Origin: an uncultured Candidatus Saccharibacteria bacterium
Lineage (GTDB): Bacteria > Patescibacteriota > Minisyncoccia > Phycocordibacterales > DATDWN01
Direction of reading: 5' to 3'
Length of the DNA: 37,599 bases
NCBI GenBank assembly: GCA_964452635.1
Contig: CAYVMP010000006.1
Coordinates: forward strand, 1 to 37,599
The notes beneath the pieces are model-generated. The model did no database searches and was not told where the DNA came from. It worked only from the letters and a program-made list of their open reading frames with translations. A program made the translations under genes and the position numbers. Positions 15,670 to 24,754 of this stretch are shown here, one piece after another. Numbering within the stretch: position 1 is the stretch's first letter; every line of letters begins with the position of its first letter.

Positions 15670-17961
15670 ATGTATCTCAAATCAATCGAACTTTCTGGAT
15701 TCAAATCATTCGCAAAGAAAAGCGAGTTGCTTTTCAACTCGTCAATTTCTGCTATCGTTGGACCAAACGGATCGGGAAAGTCGAACATTGCGGAGGCATT
15801 CCGGTTTGTACTCGGTGAACAGTCCATCAAATCACTCCGTGGGAAAAAGGGTGAGGACCTCATATTCAACGGTGCAGGGGATTTGCCACGATCAAACCGT
15901 GCATCAGTGAAAGTCGTGTTCGACAATAGTAGTAAATTTCTACCAGTTGATTTTCAAGAGGTGACTATCGAGCGAGTCGTCCATCGAGACTCAGTCAATG
16001 AATACCTCATAAATGGCTCACAGGTTCGTCTCAAGGATGTGATTGAACTTCTCGCTGCTGCACACATCGGAGCATCTGGACACCATATCATTTCGCAGGG
16101 AGAGGCTGATCGTATTTTAAATGCAAGTGTCAAAGAACGTAAATCAATGATTGAAGATGCTCTCGGTCTCAAGATGTATCAATATAAAAAACAAGAAAGC
16201 GAACGTAAACTCGAAAAGACCCGAGAAAATATTGTACAGGTAGAATCCCTCCGGCGAGAGATTCTTCCGCATATTAAATTTCTCAAGAAACAGGTTGAGA
16301 AAGTCGAGAAGGGAATTGAGCTGAAAGGTGAATTACGAGAACGTGCGATTGAGTATTGTAATCGTGAACAGGAATACATCACACGAACTACAGCCCACTT
16401 ACATGAGACGCGTTTACCACTTGAGTCGACACTTCGTGCGCTCGAAGAAGAGTTGCAGGAAGCTAAATCGATTCTTAATGCCCGCGAACACAAGGATCAA
16501 AAATCCGAAGACCTCATTCAACTTGAAAAAAGTTTACATGCAATTCGAGATGAGAAAGACAACCTCTATCGTGAGTTTGGACGCATCGATGGTGAAATGA
16601 CATCGCTCGTGCGTATGGTAAAAAAACAGGAGGAGGTTGCGCAATCATACGAACATAAAACTGTACCACTTGTATCTGTCGAATCATTGTCACAAAATAT
16701 TGAGTCAAAAGTCCACACAGTACGGGGGTGTGTGACGGATGGCGACATCACTCTTGCTCTACAGACGTGTGACGAGATTGTACGACTTGTTACTGAATTT
16801 GTTGATGACAATAAAGATAAAGTGGATATGTCACTCCTCTCTGATGCTCAAAGAGATATTGAACATTTGAAACAGTCCAAAAATGATATTGAAAGCAGAC
16901 TTCAAGATATAAAGCAAAAGGAAATACGCGTGAGTGAACAGTATACTGTGCTCAAGGAAAACATTGAAAGGGAAAAAGATTCTAATCGTGATGCAGAAAA
17001 GGCAGTATTTCGTATTATGGCAGAACAGCAGGAAGTACGATCAAAACTGCACTCCCTCGAGAGTGATGAGAATCTTTTGAAAGTAGTCTCTGAAGATTTC
17101 AAGCGAGAAATCACAGAACTTGCGGTACTACTTGGGCGTGATGTATTGCAGTTTTCGGCGTATACGTTTGACTATACCGAACCTCGTACTGCTCAGGAAG
17201 AGAGGAGAAGAATGGTTGAGAAAATCAAGATTCGTTTGGAAGAAATGGGTGCGTCGGGTAGTGATGATGTGCTAAAGGAATACACAGAGGCTACTGAGCG
17301 AGACACGTTTCTCACGAAGGAGCTTTCTGATTTGGAGGCCTCAGCCTTGTCACTGACTGGACTCATTGCGGATTTGGATACGAGACTTTCAACAGAGTTT
17401 AAAACAGGAGTAGAGAAAATCAATCGACAATTTAAGGAATACTTTGCTCTCATGTTTGGTGGAGGGGAGGCGTCTCTTTCGGTTATTGTGGAACAAAAAC
17501 GCAGGAAAAGTGATACTGGTGCAGATGATTTGTTTGGGGGTGATTCTCATGATTTGTTAGACGATGGAGGGCATGCCCTGCGTAGCTCAAGTGAAGCGCA
17601 GAGCGAAGCAGGGATTGATATCGAGGTGAGTCTTCCAAAGAAAAAGGTGAAGGGACTCATGATGCTCTCAGGTGGTGAGAGGGCACTGACATCCATCGCA
17701 CTCCTCTTTGCTATTTCTCAGGTTAATCCTCCACCGTTTATTATTCTCGATGAGACTGACGCAGCACTCGATGAAGCCAATTCAAAGAAATATGCGGACA
17801 TGATTGAAAACTTATCAAAATACTCTCAACTCATTGTGATTACACACAATAGAGAGACCATGTCCCGCGCAGGAATCCTCTACGGAGTAACGATGGGTAT
17901 GGGTGGGGGATCGAAGTTGCTGTCCGTTGCCTTTGACGAAGCTGTTTCGGTTGCAAAATAG
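15670..17961 (+). CDS. smc: SMC-family chromosome segregation ATPase, short form (~764 aa). An in-frame insertion before the LSGGE signature carries the same 40-nt element found in gyrB
   Basis: Walker A GPNGSGKSN, a long coiled coil, the LSGGERALTSIALLFAI signature and the Walker B motif ILDETDAALD are all present. The start is chosen at MYLKSIELSGFKSF. Confidence 0.85.
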   Translation: MYLKSIELSGFKSFAKKSELLFNSSISAIVGPNGSGKSNIAEAFRFVLGEQSIKSLRGKKGEDLIFNGAGDLPRSNRASVKVVFDNSSKFLPVDFQEVTIERVVHRDSVNEYLINGSQVRLKDVIELLAAAHIGASGHHIISQGEADRILNASVKERKSMIEDALGLKMYQYKKQESERKLEKTRENIVQVESLRREILPHIKFLKKQVEKVEKGIELKGELRERAIEYCNREQEYITRTTAHLHETRLPLESTLRALEEELQEAKSILNAREHKDQKSEDLIQLEKSLHAIRDEKDNLYREFGRIDGEMTSLVRMVKKQEEVAQSYEHKTVPLVSVESLSQNIESKVHTVRGCVTDGDITLALQTCDEIVRLVTEFVDDNKDKVDMSLLSDAQRDIEHLKQSKNDIESRLQDIKQKEIRVSEQYTVLKENIEREKDSNRDAEKAVFRIMAEQQEVRSKLHSLESDENLLKVVSEDFKREITELAVLLGRDVLQFSAYTFDYTEPRTAQEERRRMVEKIKIRLEEMGASGSDDVLKEYTEATERDTFLTKELSDLEASALSLTGLIADLDTRLSTEFKTGVEKINRQFKEYFALMFGGGEASLSVIVEQKRRKSDTGADDLFGGDSHDLLDDGGHALRSSSEAQSEAGIDIEVSLPKKKVKGLMMLSGGERALTSIALLFAISQVNPPPFIILDETDAALDEANSKKYADMIENLSKYSQLIVITHNRETMSRAGILYGVTMGMGGGSKLLSVAFDEAVSVAK
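17574..17613. repeat. Second copy of the 40-nt palindrome-ended in-frame element (identical to 5865-5904). A perfect 10-bp palindrome, gggcatgccc, is created at its 5' junction
   Basis: Exact 40/40 identity with the gyrB copy, translated in the same frame (ALRSSSEAQSEAG). Confidence 0.8.
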
Positions 17962-18014
17962 CTCCTTGATTATTTTGTAAAAAAGTGTAGAAATATGTGT
18001 GGAGGTAAGCGAAA

Positions 18015-18638
18015 ATGTCCAATAAGTTTCTGGGGGTGCCTAAACCCTTTAAACTCCCACTGTTGGAGGAAAGATTGTGTGAACATAAAATCCCTACATT
18101 ATGGGATGATTCGATGTCTATCGGGTTATATATGGTGTACGCCACTGACGATGATGGACAAGAGAATTTGGAGGAGTTTTGTAAAAAACATCCTTCTAAA
18201 AAATACTTGGTTAGCATGAGTGAATTTGTGCTGACCTGTATTCAAGGAGTTCTGTTTGTGCTTTTTTTGGTAATACCCGCGTCTACAATAGGGAAACCCA
18301 GTATTCCTCAGAATGTCGCTTTGTCCATTATCGAGATGATTATATTAGCTGTGTTCATTTTCTCCCCTAGTTACATAAAGAAGTTGCAGTATACTTTGCG
18401 TGGGAGAGGATGGTCGGAATCTAACCCAGCACTGTTTGCCCATGAGCATCCAATGGATGTTATCAAGCAAATCTGCGGGTGTTCTACAGATGACTGTACT
18501 CACTCACCATTTAATTTCTTGGTGTCGCACCACCCAAGAAATCCTACTCGATTCCTGTCTGTTAAGGGACCAGATACTGGTCCTGCGAGAGTGTACTTCC
18601 TCGCTTCGTGGGAAAAACCATCAGAAAAATCAGAGTAG
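18015..18638 (+). CDS. Small membrane protein, paralog 1 (207 aa), with two predicted TM helices and a Cys/His-rich C-terminal region (ICGC...C.H...HHPRNPTRFLSV...YFLASWEKPSEKSE)
   Basis: RBS GGAGGT; promoter TTGATT-N16-TAGAAA; its own terminator at 18648-18676. Confidence 0.7.
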   Translation: MSNKFLGVPKPFKLPLLEERLCEHKIPTLWDDSMSIGLYMVYATDDDGQENLEEFCKKHPSKKYLVSMSEFVLTCIQGVLFVLFLVIPASTIGKPSIPQNVALSIIEMIILAVFIFSPSYIKKLQYTLRGRGWSESNPALFAHEHPMDVIKQICGCSTDDCTHSPFNFLVSHHPRNPTRFLSVKGPDTGPARVYFLASWEKPSEKSE

Positions 18639-18647
18639 AGTAGATAT

Positions 18648-18676
18648 CCTCCGGTACACGCCGGGGGATTTGTTTT
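18648..18676 (+). terminator. Intrinsic terminator of paralog 1 (cctccgg tacacg ccggggg + ATTTGTTTT)
   Basis: Stem-loop plus T-run; an identical copy lies at 19415-19446. Confidence 0.6.
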
Positions 18677-18766
18677 ATATCAATCCGTAGCGAGAATTTC
18701 ATCAAAAATCTTTCTACCTTGATTATTTTGTAAAAAAGTGTAGAAATATGGGTGGAGGTACGTGAA

Positions 18767-19405
18767 ATGTCAGATAAGTTTACGGGTACGTTTAAGCCCT
18801 TCGAGTACCCAGCGTTGGAGTTGGAACACCGTCTCCATAGTCGTAGCGTAGTGGTATCTGAAGAGCCATCTCAAGTGGTTCTGTATATGGTGTACGGTAA
18901 GGATTATGATGCACTTGCAAACCGAGAGGAGTTTTGTGAAAAACATCCTTTCCAGAAGTATTTTGTTGGAATGAGTGAGTTCGCGTATGCTTCCTTTATC
19001 CTTCTTGTTGGCTTATTGTTTCTGTTTACAACTGTCATAGCCTTTACTGGAGAACGAGGATTCACTACCCAGAACATACTAAAAAGCATTTTTATGATAG
19101 TTGTGATTTATCTCTGTATTTTTTCCCCCAGATACATAGAAAGACTAAACCATTCTTTGGAGGGTAGGGAATGGACGACTTCCCCTCCATCACATTTTAC
19201 CAATGAGAATTCGATGGATAGCATGAAAATAATCTGTGGTTGTCTCGATGCGGTTTCAAAATGTGCTCACCCAGGGTTTATTTTTAAGGTGTGGCACCAC
19301 CCACGCAATCCTACTCGGTTTCTGTCGGTTGAAAGTGTTCGTTCTGAAGGCAGAAGAAGATATTTCCTCGCCTCGTGGGAAAAACCATCAGAAAAATCAG
19401 AGTAG
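18767..19405 (+). CDS. Small membrane protein, paralog 2 (212 aa) of the same family. The start is the ATG after GGAGGT, not the upstream GTG
   Basis: It shares the N-terminal MS.KF.G..KPF, LYMVY, EEFC.KHP, FSP.YI, ICGC and HHPRNPTRFLSV...YFLASWEKPSEKSE motifs with paralog 1. Confidence 0.7.
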   Translation: MSDKFTGTFKPFEYPALELEHRLHSRSVVVSEEPSQVVLYMVYGKDYDALANREEFCEKHPFQKYFVGMSEFAYASFILLVGLLFLFTTVIAFTGERGFTTQNILKSIFMIVVIYLCIFSPRYIERLNHSLEGREWTTSPPSHFTNENSMDSMKIICGCLDAVSKCAHPGFIFKVWHHPRNPTRFLSVESVRSEGRRRYFLASWEKPSEKSE

Positions 19406-19414
19406 AGTAGATAT

Positions 19415-19446
19415 CCTCCGGTACACGCCGGGGGATTTGTTTTTTT
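19415..19446 (+). terminator. Intrinsic terminator of paralog 2, convergent with the rnr 3' end
   Basis: Identical hairpin plus T-run. Confidence 0.6.
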
Positions 19447-21385
19447 ACACCAATCCGTAGTCGAGAACACGACGTTCCATATCTGCAGAGATAACCTTGA
19501 ATCTGAGTGTGTCACCGAGTGTGAATTTCTTGCCACTTTTTTCACCTTTGAGAGTGTAGTTTTTTTCATCGAGTGTGAAGAAATCATCTCCAAGATCACG
19601 GAGCTTTATCATTCCCTCACATTTAGTTTCTTTCTCTTCGATGTAGATGCCCCATTCAGTTACACCCGTGATAGTTCCATCAAATGTTTCTCCGACATGT
19701 TCCTGCATGTACTCAACTTGTTTGTATTTAATAGACGAGCGTTCTGCATCCGATGCTCGTTTTTCATTTTCACTTGATTCGAGACAGATTCGTTCGTATT
19801 TTTCAAATTCATTTGGTTCGATTTTGCCACCCTTGAGTTCTCGTTCGAGGAAACGGTGTACGAGAAGATCGGGGTATCGACGAATTGGAGATGTAAAGTG
19901 TGTGTAGTATGTGAACGCAAGCCCGAAGTGTCCGATATTTTTCGTTGAGTAGACGGCCTTTGCCATACTCCGGATCGTTGCCGTTTTGATAAGTTCTTCG
20001 TTGCTACTTCCTTCGACATCCTTGAGTAGTTCGTTGATATCTCGAGAGGTAACTTTGCCCTCTTTATTGTGCAAATCAAACCCAAGTGCTTTGAGAAATA
20101 CCGCAAGGTTTTCGATGCGTTCTGTATCGGGAGTATTATGTATTCGGTACACTGACTGTGCACCCTTTTTAGAAATATTTTCCTTTTGAGATTTGAATAC
20201 AAACTCAGCAACAGCACGGTTGGCAAGGAGCATGTATTCCTCAACAAGTTTATGAGTATCAAGTCTCTGTTTTCGATACACACGTATTGGTTTGCCTTTC
20301 TCATCGAGGACGAACTTCACTTCATCTGTTTCGAAATTGATCGCACCATTTTCGAATTTTTTCTTTTCAAATATTTTTGCAATTCGATGGAGTGTTCGGA
20401 GTTCTGTTTGGAATGGTCCGTCGAGCTCACCATCAATCACTTTCTGTGCATCTTCGTATGTAAATCTGCGATCACTGTGGATGATTGTTCGCCCAAACCA
20501 TTGATCGATAATTGTGCCGTGTGTATCTATTTTAAATACTGCAGAGAATGTGTATTTGTCTTCGTTTGGGTTGAGTGAACAGAGGTCGTTTGAGAGAACT
20601 TCTGGGAGCATTGGGATGGTGCGGTCGACGAGATATACGGAGAGCCCGCGTTTTTCTGCCTCACGATCAAGCTCGGTACCGGGGGTAACGAAATATGACA
20701 CATCTGCAATGTGCACGCCGATTTCGTACGTGTCATCACCAAGGTCAACAAATGAAATCGCATCATCAAAATCCTTGGCATCTGCTGGGTCAATGGTCAT
20801 TGTGGTAGTAGAGCGCATGTCACGGCGGTTTTTGATTTCAGTTTCAAATGTAGTCGGGTATTTCTGTTTGAGGAGTTCAGCTTCTGCTTCGACGGTGAGA
20901 GGGAATTCAACTCGAAAACCCTTTTCGAGAACAATCGCTTCCATTTCTGTATTGTTTTCTCCGGATGCGCCAATGATTTTGGCGACGGTACCCATGAGTC
21001 GAGTTGTACTTGCCTCCCAATCTATTTCGACGAGAACTTTTGTGCCTTCTGGGATCTTTGCTTCCTCGTCGGTAGGTAGGAAAATATCTGCATACATGCG
21101 TTTGTCATCTGGGACTACATACGTTCCAGCATCACCGTGTACTACAGTGCCGACATACTCATTTTTAGTACGAGTGACTACACGCACCACCTTTCCTTGG
21201 TCTCGGTTTTTGATTTTCTCTCCTGTTGCCTCGATTTCAACAATGTCTCCGTGAAATGCACGGTTTACATACTCGGGTTGAATCTCGATACTATCAGTTT
21301 TCTTTTTATTTTCTGGATCGAGATCAAAAAAACCAACTCCTTTGGAATTGATACTAATCGCTCCAGTGAATCGTTTGCCTTTCAT
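19445..21385 (-). CDS. rnr: Ribonuclease R (RNase II family 3'-5' exoribonuclease)
   Basis: The RNB catalytic domain sits between N-terminal cold-shock/OB folds and a C-terminal S1 domain. An extended −10, TGtTATACT, lies upstream (~21400-21415 on the − strand). Confidence 0.9.
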   Translation of the reverse strand: MKGKRFTGAISINSKGVGFFDLDPENKKKTDSIEIQPEYVNRAFHGDIVEIEATGEKIKNRDQGKVVRVVTRTKNEYVGTVVHGDAGTYVVPDDKRMYADIFLPTDEEAKIPEGTKVLVEIDWEASTTRLMGTVAKIIGASGENNTEMEAIVLEKGFRVEFPLTVEAEAELLKQKYPTTFETEIKNRRDMRSTTTMTIDPADAKDFDDAISFVDLGDDTYEIGVHIADVSYFVTPGTELDREAEKRGLSVYLVDRTIPMLPEVLSNDLCSLNPNEDKYTFSAVFKIDTHGTIIDQWFGRTIIHSDRRFTYEDAQKVIDGELDGPFQTELRTLHRIAKIFEKKKFENGAINFETDEVKFVLDEKGKPIRVYRKQRLDTHKLVEEYMLLANRAVAEFVFKSQKENISKKGAQSVYRIHNTPDTERIENLAVFLKALGFDLHNKEGKVTSRDINELLKDVEGSSNEELIKTATIRSMAKAVYSTKNIGHFGLAFTYYTHFTSPIRRYPDLLVHRFLERELKGGKIEPNEFEKYERICLESSENEKRASDAERSSIKYKQVEYMQEHVGETFDGTITGVTEWGIYIEEKETKCEGMIKLRDLGDDFFTLDEKNYTLKGEKSGKKFTLGDTLRFKVISADMERRVLDYGLV

Positions 21386-21497
21386 GTGAGATTAGTATAA
21401 CAGATTGGACACATTTTACCTACTGTCTTGTAAAAGAGCTATACTGAGCCATATTATATAATTCTAAAAAAGTATTTTGATTTTCATATAAATTTGC

Positions 21498-21526
21498 TTG
21501 ACAAAAAATTGAAAGGGTGCTACTAT
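21498..21526 (+). promoter_or_regulatory. Strong sigma70-type promoter: −35 TTGACA (21498-21503), 17-nt spacer, −10 TACTAT (21521-21526)
   Basis: Consensus −35 with ideal spacing; it drives the GC-rich noncoding segment downstream. Confidence 0.6.
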
Positions 21527-21534
21527 ATACCCAT

Positions 21535-21740
21535 AATGATCTTTCAAAATTTTTCGTTCGGCGTACGAACTACGCCACGCACAGGCTTACCCGGTCACCT
21601 GACCGGGGCCCACTAGGGGCTTAAACTAGCAACTTGTCTCGCGCAAGCTCGAGATCGCCAACATGGCCCGAATCGCCATGCTGGCAGCGGATCCCGAGTC
21701 TTGTAGAGACAAAGAGGGCAGGAGAAATCCTGCCCTTTTC
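21535..21740 (+). ncRNA. Unidentified ~200-nt GC-rich structured ncRNA with its own promoter and intrinsic terminator (gggcagg agaaat cctgccc TTTT, 21714-21740). The ORFs called here on both strands are probably spurious
   Basis: Multiple stable hairpins are visible: cccggtc-acct-gaccggg at 21590-21607, catggc-ccgaatc-gccatg at 21662-21680, and ggcgta/tacgcc. It is 57% GC in a 42% GC genome, with no credible coding potential. Confidence 0.5.
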
Positions 21741-21785
21741 CATATATAAATTTACAATTTTTTCCTTTTACAAAAAGGGTATCTG

Positions 21786-21794
21786 TGGTATCAT
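21786..21794 (+). promoter_or_regulatory. Extended −10 promoter (TGgTATCAT) upstream of the uvrA leader
   Basis: A TGn + TATCAT element; the same TATCAT hexamer is used at 26755 and 27044. Confidence 0.4.
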
Positions 21795-21860
21795 AATGCT
21801 CACTATATATGCAGTACGCCCGTCCGCGGGTCTGTTTGTGTATGTGTACGTTATGTAGAC

Positions 21861-22051
21861 AGTTTTCAAAATTCGTCGAGTGCACTTACTGTTCTGGCAC
21901 ATTGCGCAGTCAATTAGAAAACAACTGTGGGCGAGTGATGGGAACACGAGATCCGCATCTTGTTTTCTTGATTGGCGAGCGTGAGGAAAATTTCTAGCAA
22001 GAAATTATTCCGGTGACAGAACAGTAAGTGTCGAGACAAATTTTGAAAACT
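21861..22051 (+). promoter_or_regulatory. Long-range inverted repeat in the uvrA 5' leader. The arms agttttcaaaatt...cacttactgttctg (21861-21896) and cagaacagtaagtg...aattttgaaaact (22017-22051) enclose ~120 nt and end 12 nt before the uvrA ATG
   Basis: The 13-bp and 14-bp perfectly complementary segments are separated by a 9-nt mismatch loop in each arm. Confidence 0.5.
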
Positions 22052-22062
22052 ATCCAATTTTT

Positions 22063-24693
22063 ATGAAACCCAACCCAAAACAAAACGAACTCATTATCGT
22101 CAAAGGAGCACGAACACACAACCTTAAAAACATTACGGTTGAAATGCCTCGCAATAAAATGATTGTCTTTACTGGTCTCTCGGGTTCCGGCAAATCATCA
22201 CTTGCATTCGATACGATATTTGCAGAAGGTCAGCGTCGATACGTGGAGTCACTTTCGTCCTATGCGCGACAATTTCTCCGACAGATGCAAAAGCCGGATG
22301 TAGATGAAATCGTCGGACTCTCACCAGCTATCTCTATTGATCAGAAATCTCGTTCGAACAACCCACGTTCGACTGTGGCGACGATTACAGAAATCTACGA
22401 CTACCTCCGTATTCTCTACGCACGTATCGGTCATCCACACTGTCTCGTGTGTGGGAGAGAAATCACTAAACTTTCAAACGAAGAAATTAAAAACTTTATT
22501 CTCGGGAAAATCAGTGAGCAGACCAAGCTCATGAAGAAATCAGAAAAGAAAATCCCATTTCCAATGTATGTTGAACTGTTTGCTCCTGTTGTCCGTGGTC
22601 GCAAGGGTGAGTACTATCAACTCCTCTATGATTTACTCGGCAAGGGATACACACATGTTCTCATTGATGGTGAGCGAAAATCTCTTCGAGAGAGAGTTGA
22701 ACTTTCAAAGACGAAACGACACACAATAGATGTGCTCGTGGACAGTCTCTCGCTTTCTGATTTTACAACTGATATGAAAAGTGCTGAGGAGCGTTTGGCG
22801 GAAAGTCTCGAAAAAGCACTCAATGAGTCAGATGGTCAGGTGAAAATACTATTTCGAGATATTGGACGTGAATCTGAAAAAGAATACAAACCAGAAGAAT
22901 TTTTCATGTCTTCAAAACTTTCATGTCCGCACGATGGGTACTCATATCCAGAGGTTGAGCCACGGTTATTTTCATTTAACTCTCCATACGGAGCGTGTTC
23001 AGAGTGTAATGGTTTAGGAACACGGCATTTCTTTGGCAATGAAGTCTGTCCTAAATGTAAGGGTGCACGACTTCGTGAGGAGGCCCTCCATGTGCTCATC
23101 GGGGGGAAGAATATCGTTGATCTTACTGCATCATCTATCAAGGATGCACATACATTTTTCGATACACTCAAACTAACAGACCGTGAGAAAAATATTTCCA
23201 AAGTTGTCATGCGAGAAATTGAATCTCGACTTCTCTTTATGATAAATGTCGGTATTGAGTACCTCTCACTCTCGCGACGTGCACACACGCTCTCTGGTGG
23301 TGAGGCACAGCGTATTCGACTTGCAAGCCAGCTCGGATCAGGACTGGTTGGTGCACTCTATGTACTCGATGAACCGACGATTGGACTGCACTCACGAGAC
23401 AATGATCGTCTCATTCAGACACTCATTGATTTGAAAAATCTTGGTAACACTATTATCGTTGTCGAACACGATGAGGATACTATTTTTGCATCTGACTATA
23501 TTGTTGATATTGGTCCGGGTGCTGGTCGGCACGGTGGGGATGTTGTCGTGTCTGGATACCTCGATGAACTTTTGACTGCAAAGAAAAACACATCGGGTTC
23601 GCTGACACTCGACTATTTGCGAGGGGATAAAATAGTAGAACTTCCTGAGAAAAGACGTGATACACCAAAAGGTGAGTTGCAGATTCGTGGTGGAAATATT
23701 TTTAATATTAAAAATATGAACGTTGATATTCCACTTGGACGACTCATTGTGGTGACGGGAGTGTCCGGTTCAGGCAAATCATCCTTTGTGTATGAGATTT
23801 TAAATAAAAATTTGCAGGCTCGGTTTGAGCGCAAGTATCGGAGTGCAGAAATATACAACTGCAAAAGCTTTACTGGTACGGAATATCTTGGTCGCTCTAT
23901 TTTGATTGATCAGAGTCCTATTGGACGTACTCCACGAAGTAACCCTGCGACATACACTGGTAGTTGGTCGTTCATACGGGATCTCTTTGCAGAGACATCA
24001 GAAGCACGTGCTCGCGGATGGAAGGCAAATAGATTTTCTTTCAATGTGAAGGGGGGACGATGCGAGACGTGTCAAGGTAACGGCATGATTGAGGTGGAAA
24101 TGCATTTCCTTCCGACAGTATATGTACCGTGTGATGTGTGTAAGGGCAAGCGGTTTATGAAAGAGACACTCGAAGTACAGTACAAAAAGAAAAATATCTA
24201 CGATATTTTGAAAATGACTGTTGAGGAGGCACTTACATTTTTCAATGATATTCCTACAATCTACGACAGACTCAAAACACTTGATGAGGTTGGGCTTGGC
24301 TACCTCGAACTCGGACAGTCTGCAACGACGCTCTCCGGTGGTGAGGCACAGCGTGTAAAGATTTCATCCGAGTTGTACCGACCACATTTACAGAAAACAA
24401 TGTATCTGCTCGACGAACCGACAATCGGTTTGCACTACGAAGATGTGAAGAAACTAATTGAGATTGTTCAGAAATTAGTAGACAAGGGAAACACAGTGCT
24501 CATTATTGAACACAACATGGATGTCATTAAATCTGCTGACTATCTACTCGACATTGGTCCAGAAGGTGGTGAGGGCGGGGGACAGCTTGTAGCAAAGGGA
24601 ACTCCGGAGGAGGTTGCAAATAGTGAGAAGAGTCACACAGGGAAGTATTTGAAGAAGGCGTTGAAGCAGTATAGGGCGTATAGGAAATCCTAG
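22063..24693 (+). CDS. uvrA: Excinuclease ABC subunit A
   Basis: Two ABC ATPase modules are present ([18 protein letters not shown], twice LSGGEAQR), with zinc-finger Cys clusters. Confidence 0.95.
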   Translation: MKPNPKQNELIIVKGARTHNLKNITVEMPRNKMIVFTGLSGSGKSSLAFDTIFAEGQRRYVESLSSYARQFLRQMQKPDVDEIVGLSPAISIDQKSRSNNPRSTVATITEIYDYLRILYARIGHPHCLVCGREITKLSNEEIKNFILGKISEQTKLMKKSEKKIPFPMYVELFAPVVRGRKGEYYQLLYDLLGKGYTHVLIDGERKSLRERVELSKTKRHTIDVLVDSLSLSDFTTDMKSAEERLAESLEKALNESDGQVKILFRDIGRESEKEYKPEEFFMSSKLSCPHDGYSYPEVEPRLFSFNSPYGACSECNGLGTRHFFGNEVCPKCKGARLREEALHVLIGGKNIVDLTASSIKDAHTFFDTLKLTDREKNISKVVMREIESRLLFMINVGIEYLSLSRRAHTLSGGEAQRIRLASQLGSGLVGALYVLDEPTIGLHSRDNDRLIQTLIDLKNLGNTIIVVEHDEDTIFASDYIVDIGPGAGRHGGDVVVSGYLDELLTAKKNTSGSLTLDYLRGDKIVELPEKRRDTPKGELQIRGGNIFNIKNMNVDIPLGRLIVVTGVSGSGKSSFVYEILNKNLQARFERKYRSAEIYNCKSFTGTEYLGRSILIDQSPIGRTPRSNPATYTGSWSFIRDLFAETSEARARGWKANRFSFNVKGGRCETCQGNGMIEVEMHFLPTVYVPCDVCKGKRFMKETLEVQYKKKNIYDILKMTVEEALTFFNDIPTIYDRLKTLDEVGLGYLELGQSATTLSGGEAQRVKISSELYRPHLQKTMYLLDEPTIGLHYEDVKKLIEIVQKLVDKGNTVLIIEHNMDVIKSADYLLDIGPEGGEGGGQLVAKGTPEEVANSEKSHTGKYLKKALKQYRAYRKS

Positions 24694-24754
24694 ATTCTGA
24701 TACGGTACATTTCCGAGCACGTATAAGGGAACACTTAGCTCTTCCTCGGTAGTA

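Larger units (their letters stand above)
17964..19463 (+). repeat. Head-to-tail tandem duplication of two ~735-bp units (17964-18697 and 18717-19463). Each unit carries its own promoter, RBS, a small membrane-protein gene and a terminator. A remnant of the rnr 3' end, caatccgtag-cgagaa, is duplicated between the units
   Basis: The 5' ~35 nt (ccttgattattttgtaaaaaagtgtagaaatatg) and the 3' ~75 nt including the terminator are nucleotide-identical between units. The interiors are mosaic, with ~45% amino-acid identity. Confidence 0.85.

Noticed and set aside
15549-15818. The 89-aa ORF upstream of and overlapping smc
   Set aside because: It spans the 17-bp inverted repeat and overlaps the true smc start (MYLKSIELSGFKSF) in another frame. 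There is no RBS, so it is spurious.
17964-19463. A diversity-generating retroelement (DGR) target/template pair as the explanation for the paralog divergence
   Set aside because: There is no reverse transcriptase or accessory gene in the window. Divergence is spread through the N-terminal and middle regions, not confined to a C-terminal variable repeat, and the differences are not restricted to adenine positions of one copy.
21640-21700. A tmRNA tag-like peptide, ANMARIAMLAA, encoded in ncRNA-1
   Set aside because: No stop codon follows LAA, since the frame continues for 20 more codons, and there is no tRNA-like domain in this RNA. It is treated as coincidence.
21613-21885. The ORFs 21613-21885 (−) and 21634-21858 (+) as protein-coding genes
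   Set aside because: They overlap each other on opposite strands inside a GC-rich hairpin-dense segment bounded by a promoter and a terminator. They have no RBS and a composition unlike that of the genome's proteins. The segment is read as an ncRNA.
21883-22030. A LexA/SOS box in the uvrA leader (CTGTTC ... GAACAG)
   Set aside because: It fits neither CTGT-N8-ACAG nor GAAC-N4-GTTC spacing. The half-sites are 120 nt apart, and no lexA is visible in the window. It is reported only as an inverted repeat.
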